Assembly: GCA_964016885.1 (NCBI GenBank)
Contig: OZ024740.1
Span: forward strand, 232,066,001-232,130,000
DNA: 64,000 nt
Direction: 5' to 3'
From: Eledone cirrhosa
Taxonomy: Eukaryota
Shown here: positions 56,650 through 64,000 of the stretch, in pieces
Layout: every line of letters starts with the position of its first letter
How positions within the stretch are numbered: position 1 is the stretch's first letter
The notes under the pieces: model-generated
Databases searched by the model: none
What the model was told of the DNA's origin: nothing
The model's input: the letters and a program-made list of their open reading frames with translations, nothing else
Position numbers and translations under genes: made by a program

Positions 56650-57128
56650 CTATGTATATGTATGTAATTATATATATATATATATATATATATGTGTATA
56701 TATATATATACATATATATATGCACACATATATTTATATATCTATATATATACACACACACACACACACATATAAATATGTAAACTTAAGTATGTGTGTG
56801 TGTATGTGGTGTGAGTGTGAGTGTGTGTTTATTCGTGTGAATATATGAGGTGTAACGAAAAATATAATTACAGCCCAAATTACATGTAGACATTTGAAAT
56901 TAGAGAATATATACGTATACACATTCACAATCAGGCACATGCACTTAAATACATATGTGCGCGCGCACACACACATTGAGGGACAGAGACAGAATTACTG
57001 TGCAAGTAAGGTGTGAAAGGAATAAAGGCAGGGTGTTAATGAGTAAGATATAAACATATAGATAGCTGCAAAAAGAGATATGATAGATAATATGACACTT
57101 GCAAGAATAGATATGTAATTACAAGAAG

Positions 57129-57180
<52 letters not shown>

Positions 57181-60038
57181 TTCTTTATTAGCCACAAGGG
57201 CGCAACAAGTAAAGGGGACAATACAAAGACATGCCGGGGATTTTACATACAGTCGTGTAAAAAATATAAAAACAAACAATTACAACAATCGAAATCCCCA
57301 ATAGGGGGGAGGCGCCACAAATGGGTTGTTTAATACCCCGTCGATAGAACAACCCTCAACTCCAGGAGCGTGTTGTGCAAGTACTCCTTTCTTCCTTTTG
57401 CTCTCTTCCTCAACCTACAGGCTTATAAACAGAAAAGGCCCAATCACTCGGGCCATTTTCGTTTCATTCACCCACCTTTCAGTAAATTTACTGGGGTGCA
57501 GTGCCTCTCTCTCCACCCTGATTCTCCTTCTAAAGTGATACTTAAAGAAGGGAATCAATTGTTGTCCGGAGAGAAAGGCATCGGTCCTCAGTCCTCTCAA
57601 CCTCGTCCACCATGTAACTTCTTTCACCATAGCCACCGTACAGAGGAAAACCGCCTCTCTTTCGTTTTTGAAAGAGGCTGGCGGTTTGATCCTTACTATG
57701 GACTCGGCAGTCAACTGGATTTGTCCCATACGCGACAGCAGTTGTTCTGCATAGTTCCACAGGTCGCTTACGCCAGGGCAGTGTACAATTGCGTGCAGAA
57801 CTGTTTCAATGTCCTGCGCACATCTTGGACACGTCCTCTTGGAAGGATCCCTGCCAGGGCGTCCGTGCCTGTAGATCTTGTCACGAACCGGTAGAGCTCC
57901 TCGGTAGCACTGCCAGGCCAGGGACCTCTGGAAGTTGTCCATAGGTCCCGGGCGGAAAGTCCTACGAAACAGACTGGTGAGCTCATCGTCTTCGACGCCC
58001 AGAGTCTCTCCGAGAACGTCGTCGCCCTTGTAACGTACAATCCCTCTATAGAATGTCGAGTCTCCATTGATTGCTGCGCCCGCTTGCCAGAGGACTGTGA
58101 GCGCCTGAGCGCATTCAATGTGCCAAGCGCCCATCGTTTTCGGTCTTTTCTTCACCCAGGACTGCAGCTCCGTTAGCGAGACGAGCTGTGGGAAAGCCTG
58201 TCTCACAAACGGTGCCCACACCGGTTGGGGGTCGGTGAGGAATACCTGGAGATGCCGCAGCCTCAGCGCATGTTTGCGCATCATCAGCCACGGCATTCCC
58301 AGCCCTCCGTTCGAAGGGTGCTGACAGCAGACGGATCTCCTCACCAGCGGAGCCTGCTTCTTCCACAGAAACTGGAAGAGCATGCGTTCCATCTTGGCGG
58401 AGTGTTCACGGGGACAAGGCACGACAGTCAAGCGGTAGTAGATGACGGACGCTATGAAAGTGTTCGCCACCTCCGCTCGACCTTTCAAGGACAGTTTGCA
58501 CTCTGCCCACTTCTGAGTGAGTGCAAACACCTTGGCCGTGACCTCGTTCCAGTTTTTCTCCACCTGGAGGTCTGGACCGAACCAGACCCCGAGCAATTTC
58601 ACCGGTCCGTCCGTCCAGCATCCAACGACGCTGTCGGATGTCATGGGTTTGCCTCTCCACGTACTGAGTTGCAAACCGACAGACTTGTCTGGGTTTAGTT
58701 TTGCTCCCGTCAGCGTTTCGTTTTCTTTCAGTAAGTTGTCGATCACCCCGATTTCCGAGGTGCTCGACACCATTACCGTTACGTCGTCGGCATAAGCCGA
58801 CGCCGCTTTGCTCAGTCCCGGTTCTAGGGTTATGCCCTGCAACAGCTCCAATTTCCGCAGTAGTGGCTCTAGAGTCAATACATACAGAATGGAGGAGAGA
58901 GGGCATCCCTGTCGAATGGAACGCGTGATTGCGAACGGCTCCGATAGGTAGCTGTTCACCTTGACCCTCGAGCAGATGCTGGTGTCCATCACCTCGATCC
59001 ATCCTCTGAACACGGGACCGAAACCGGCCGCCTTGAGAACCGCTTCCAAGTATCAATGGTCGACCCTATCGAATGCCTTAGACTGATCCAAGTTGATCAG
59101 AGCTCCACCGAAGCCGGGTTTACTACCCACCCTCTCTATGATGTATCGCATGAGGTGGAGGTTGTCGTGTAAGGACCTGGTCGGGATTGCACACGTTTGC
59201 GCTTTCCCTACCAGGTTCTTGACGACAAGCGCCAACCTCGTTGCTAGCACCTTGGCCAAAATCTTTAACTCTGTGTTGAGCAGAGTTATGGGCCTGAAGT
59301 TGTTAATTTCGTCCCCCTTGTTCTCGTCTTTCCTGATCAGCGATACTACGCCCTTGTCTGCAGAACTGGGAATTCTCCCGTTCTGCTGCCAATTGCAGTA
59401 GACGGCTTCGAGGACGCCAGAGAACAAGTCCGGCATGCCTATGTAAAATTCGTAGGGTAGACCATCTAGACCGGGTGACTTGCGTTTCCCGCAGCGGCCC
59501 AGAGCGTCCCGTATCTCAGTGTCCGTGATCGGTCTTTCGCAGAACTCGGCGTCCGTGTTCGAGAGACGCGGCAGGCCGTCGAGGTATGAACTAAAGTCCA
59601 TTGCCCCGTTCGACTCACCGTCGTTCTGCTCAAACAGTCGCGGAAAGTGCCGCTGAAAGGCCGCGCACATTTGCTTGGGGTCAAGTAACACGCGTCCGTT
59701 TTGACTTGTTGTCACTTTTTGCCTCCGCCACTCGGGCCCAGCTGACAGCTTTCGCTCCTTCATTTCCTAGAGCACGTGTTTTGCTTCTGACCACGCAGCC
59801 TTCGTGTTTCGCATCGAAGAACTGGTCCAGTGCCGTTCTCGACCCTAACACTCTAGCCGCGTTGCCACTTCTAAGTGCCTCCCCTACCTTGGCTACTAGT
59901 TCTCTTTCTATTCTGTTTTTCTCTAAGGCTAACTCTCTGCTATACCCTATCGATTCTATTCTAATTGCTTTCTTGAGAGAGTACCACCATCTATTGTTGA
60001 CGATGGCTCCCGTTAACTGTTGCTTGACTAGTCTACTT

Positions 60039-60040
<2 letters not shown>
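57181..60040 (-). mobile_element. 5'-truncated Tx1/L1-clade LINE inserted in (GATA)n
   Basis: RT motifs KSPGLDG, FRPITLLN, LDQSKAFDRVDH, RQGCPLS, YADD; C-terminal CPRC..ET..HA..HC; 3' UTR with AATAAA. Confidence 0.95.
57415..60030 (-). pseudogene. Tx1-like ORF2 (RT and zinc knuckle); in-frame TGA at the DH*YL position (~59053) and a frameshift near 59750
   Basis: The 544-aa and 236-aa ORFs are contiguous in frame across a single stop. Confidence 0.92.
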
Positions 60041-60096
<56 letters not shown>

Positions 60097-60124
60097 TGCT
60101 AGCTAGCTATAGATTGATAGATAT

Positions 60125-62330
60125 GTTCCTTTATTTGCTAGAAGGGCATACAAGAAATGAGACATTACAAGACGTGACGGCGGGGGTTTTACATAAAAAT
60201 TGTGTAAACTTTAACATTAATAAATTAAAATAAACTCTATATTAAAATAAAATAACAATCAAAATCCTCAATAGTGAAGAACGTTAATGCGGGATTGTTT
60301 TACACCACATGTACCCTTCTTCCTTCTATTGTCTTCCTCAACCTACAGGTTTATTTACACTCGGGCTATTTTCGCACATTTACCCACCTTTCAGCGAATT
60401 TACTGGGGTGCAGCCCCTCATTATCAACTCTTACCTTCCTTCTGAAGTGATATTTAAAGAAGGGGATAAGTTGTTGTCCGGAGAGGAAGGTGTTTATCCT
60501 CAGTCCTTTCAACCTCGTCAACCATTAACTCTTTTGCCATAGCCACCAGGCAGAGGAAAATCGCTTCTCCTTCATTCTTAAACGAAGGCGGCGGGGTGAT
60601 ACTCACGATGGACTCGGTTGACAACTGGGTGTGTCCCACACGTAACAGCAGCTGTTCGACATAATTTCACAGGTCGGTCACCCCTGGGCATTGAACAATT
60701 GCGTGCAGAACGGTCGCAATGTTCTGCTCGCATCTTGAACAGGTCCTTTTGGCAGCACTGCCAGGCCAGAGATATCTGGAAGTTATCCATAGGCACTGGA
60801 CGGAAAGTCCTCCCGAACAGACTGGCCAATTCGTCCTCTTCGATGCCCAGAGTCTCCCCAGGAAAGTTGTCACACTTATCCTCCACTAATCCCCATATAG
60901 AATGTTGACGTGGTGTCTCTGCTGATTGCAGTTTCCGCTTGGTAGAGGGCTGTGAGTGCCTGATGTTCCAAGTACCCATTTGGGGTCTTCGTTTGACCCA
61001 GGACTGCAGCTCCGTTAGCGAGACGAGTTGTGGCAAAGCTCTTCTCACAAACGACAACCACACCAGTTCACCGGTCAGGACAACCTGGAGATGGCGGAAC
61101 CTCAGCGCGTGTTTGAGCATCATCAGCCACGGCATGCCCAGCCCTCCGTTAGAAGAGTGTTGGCAGCAGATGGATCTCCTCACTAACTCACCAATGGAGC
61201 CAGTTTCTTCGAAAGGAACTTGAATAGTAGACGTTACATTTTGGGGAGTTGATCACGGAGACATTGCACGACCGTCAAGCGCTAGTAGATGATGGGCGCT
61301 ATGTAAGTGTTCACCACCTCCGCTCGACATTTTAAGGAGAGTTTGCACTCAGCCCACTTCTGAGTGAGCGCAAATGCTTTCACCATGATCTCGTGCCAGT
61401 GTTTGCCAAACATGGAGGTCTGGACTAAACCAGACCCCCGATCCTTCCACCTAGCGTTCAATAACGCTGTCGGATGGCATGGATTTGCCTCTCCATGTGC
61501 CGAATTGCAAACTGACAGACTTGTTCGTGTTGCTCTTATCAACGTTTCGTATTCCTGTAATAAGTTGCCGATCACCCTAATTTCCGAGGGTTTCGACACC
61601 GTTATGGTCACGTCCTCAGCATAGACAAACGCTTCTTTTCGCAGTCCTGGTTCCATCAGAATGCCTTGCAACTGGTCCATCTTCCGCAGTAGTGGCTCGA
61701 GAGTCAGTACATACAGAATGGAGGAGATAGGGCATACTTGATGGATGGAACGCAGATGTTGTTGTGCATGGCAACGATCCAGCTTCTGAAGACGGGAGCA
61801 AAACCGGCCGCCTTGAGAACCATTTCCAAGTATTGATGGTCGACCCCATCAAATGCCTTAGATTGATCTAAATTGATCAAAGCCCCACCGAAGACAGGTT
61901 TACATCCTACCCTCTCTACGATGTATCGCATGAGGTGGAGGTTTTCGTGTATGGAACTGGTTGGGATTGCACACGTTTGCGCTTTCCCCACCAAGTTCTC
62001 AACGACGAGGGCCAGCCTCGTTGCTAACACCTTGGCCAAATTCTTCAACTCTGTGTTGAGCAGAATTAAGGGCCTGCAATTTCTTATGTTATCTCCTTTG
62101 TTCTCATCTGCTTACAGAACTGGGAATTCACCCGTTCTGCTGCCAGTCCCACTAGACCCGTTCGAGGACGTCAAAGAACAGATCTGGCATGTAAAACTCA
62201 TAGGGTTAGACCATCCAAACCGGATGATTTGCGTTTCCTACAGTGGCCTAGGGCGTCTTCTATTTCGCCCATTGTGATCGGCCTTTTGGATCTCTCCGCA
62301 GCCACGTTCGAGAGTCGCGAGCGGCCGTAA
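60125..62330 (-). mobile_element. Second, more decayed Tx1/L1-clade copy in tandem
   Basis: LAKVLATRLALVV..GKAQTCAIP..LDQSKAFDGVDH; GGLGMPWLM; multiple frameshifts and deletions. Confidence 0.92.
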
Positions 62331-62625
62331 ATCCTAACGGCAAGCTTAAATATTTTAAAAACGGTTCTATCTTGGACGAAGGGTTTACATATTATTAAAT
62401 GATATGTACACTCTACATCCTTTAGAGAACGAAGTACTAAGTTGAATAATGGTGTTACTAGTCTATAATTAGTAACATCTTCATCTATCTATCTATCTAT
62501 CTGTCTACTTCTCTCGCACTTTCATTTCTCTCTTTATATATATGTATATATATACATTTATATACATATATATATATATACATAACACTCACACGCACAC
62601 ACGCGCGCGCACGCACACACACACA

Positions 62626-62680
<55 letters not shown>

Positions 62681-63367
62681 ACACAGTCTAATGTCTATAT
62701 ACTTGTATAAAGTATATCAGCACATTAAAACAGACTTTTGTAATAAGTCCCTGCCTTTTTCAGTATGCATGTGTTAGTGAACAATGACAAAATGCGGCGA
62801 GAGTTATGAACATATGTCACTTCAACTTACCCCCAACAAACACCAAATATATTCATAATTAGATCCTGGGGAGACGAACGCGAAAGACAGAAGAGACTGC
62901 TAAGTATTTTACTTTATTGTTGCTTAATGAGAGAACGGGAGTCCTTGATGTGCGGTACAGGGAGTGTGGAAGTTATATTTCTAGAAGAAAAAGCAATAAT
63001 TTATTACGACAGGTAAAACATTGCTATTCTAATCACAATGAAATAAAAGTCGCCAACACAAGCCCCTTTTACATATTCATTGTATTTGTAGAATAACATA
63101 TATATATATATATATATATACATGTGTACAGGCATAGATCAGTCCCACTGAGGAGCACCTTGAACAAGTGGCGTCTACTATAGTCTCGGGTTAGCCAATA
63201 CTTTATGAGTGAAATTCAGTAGACAGAAACCCGTCGATAATATATATATATACATATTAATAATAATAAATTTGAAGACTAAAATCCAAAGAGGGCTCGA
63301 TAAGGATAAATATATATCAAATATATAAGAACCGTGGAGGAAATATTTATTAAAATAACAGATTAAA

Positions 63368-63477
<110 letters not shown>

Positions 63478-63514
63478 ATATATTTATTAAAATAACAGAT
63501 TAAAGTTTAAGCAA

Positions 63515-64000
63515 AGAAAACAATACGGACATTATAATTAAGGAAGCGGACAAGGGAAGTACTGTTGTCATTATGGATGCTGAAAAATATAAAAATTCTA
63601 TGTTCTCTCTCTTACAAAATAGTAATTACTATGAAAGAGTAAAAAACTACCAGCAATCAAAACAATGACCAGATTAAACACACTGATTTGTCGATACCAG
63701 GAAGACTTAACTAAAAAGGAACGCGATTATTTAACACATTTTGAATACAAAACCAGCAACCTTTACGGACTTCTGAAGATCCATAAGTGTAAAATAATTA
63801 ACGATCCCTGTAAACAATCCACCTCAGCCTGCGTGAACACACAATACCCAACATACCTTAAATTAAGACCAATTGTAGCGGGCCCACAATGTGAAACATA
63901 CAGACTGAGCAACTTTATAGACATACTACTAAAACCAATTCTCAAACACATACCAAGCCTTGTAAGAGACGATCTGGACCTCTTAAACCACCTCCCCAAA
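63515..64000 (+). pseudogene. Penelope-like RT N-terminal fragment (runs off the window)
   Basis: IIIKEADKGSTVVIMD; LYGLLKIHK; LKLRPIVAGP..T.RLS.FID.LLKP; frameshift near 63660. Confidence 0.88.

Noticed and set aside
59050-59056. In-frame TGA in Tx1 ORF2 as possible readthrough or selenocysteine
   Set aside because: The paralogous copy has Gln at this position and the element is truncated and frameshifted; a simple nonsense mutation is more likely.

Overview
This is a repeat-dominated, AT-rich eukaryotic window. The SINE families and microsatellite load strongly suggest an octopod cephalopod, which is an inference. I found no convincing host protein-coding exon, tRNA/rRNA gene or CRISPR array, and most ORFs in the track are microsatellite translations. 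The window holds: more than 20 copies of one tRNA-derived SINE and several copies of other SINEs; bipartite RTE-derived non-autonomous elements; two Tx1/L1-type ORF2 copies in or next to (GATA)n plus an older third fragment; decayed R4/Dong-, CRE-, RTE- and mariner-like fragments; two hAT MITEs with 8-bp TSDs; and Penelope-like (PLE) remnants. The most striking signal is a dense set of type I hammerhead ribozyme (HHR) motifs, about ten with an intact CUGANGA...GAAA core and several decayed. Many sit in short fold-back elements that carry an HHR on both strands and are inserted in (TA)n. One HHR at 49.1 kb has a long stem I and lies just downstream of a 33-bp repeat containing octamer motifs. 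All structures were folded by eye and element boundaries are approximate.
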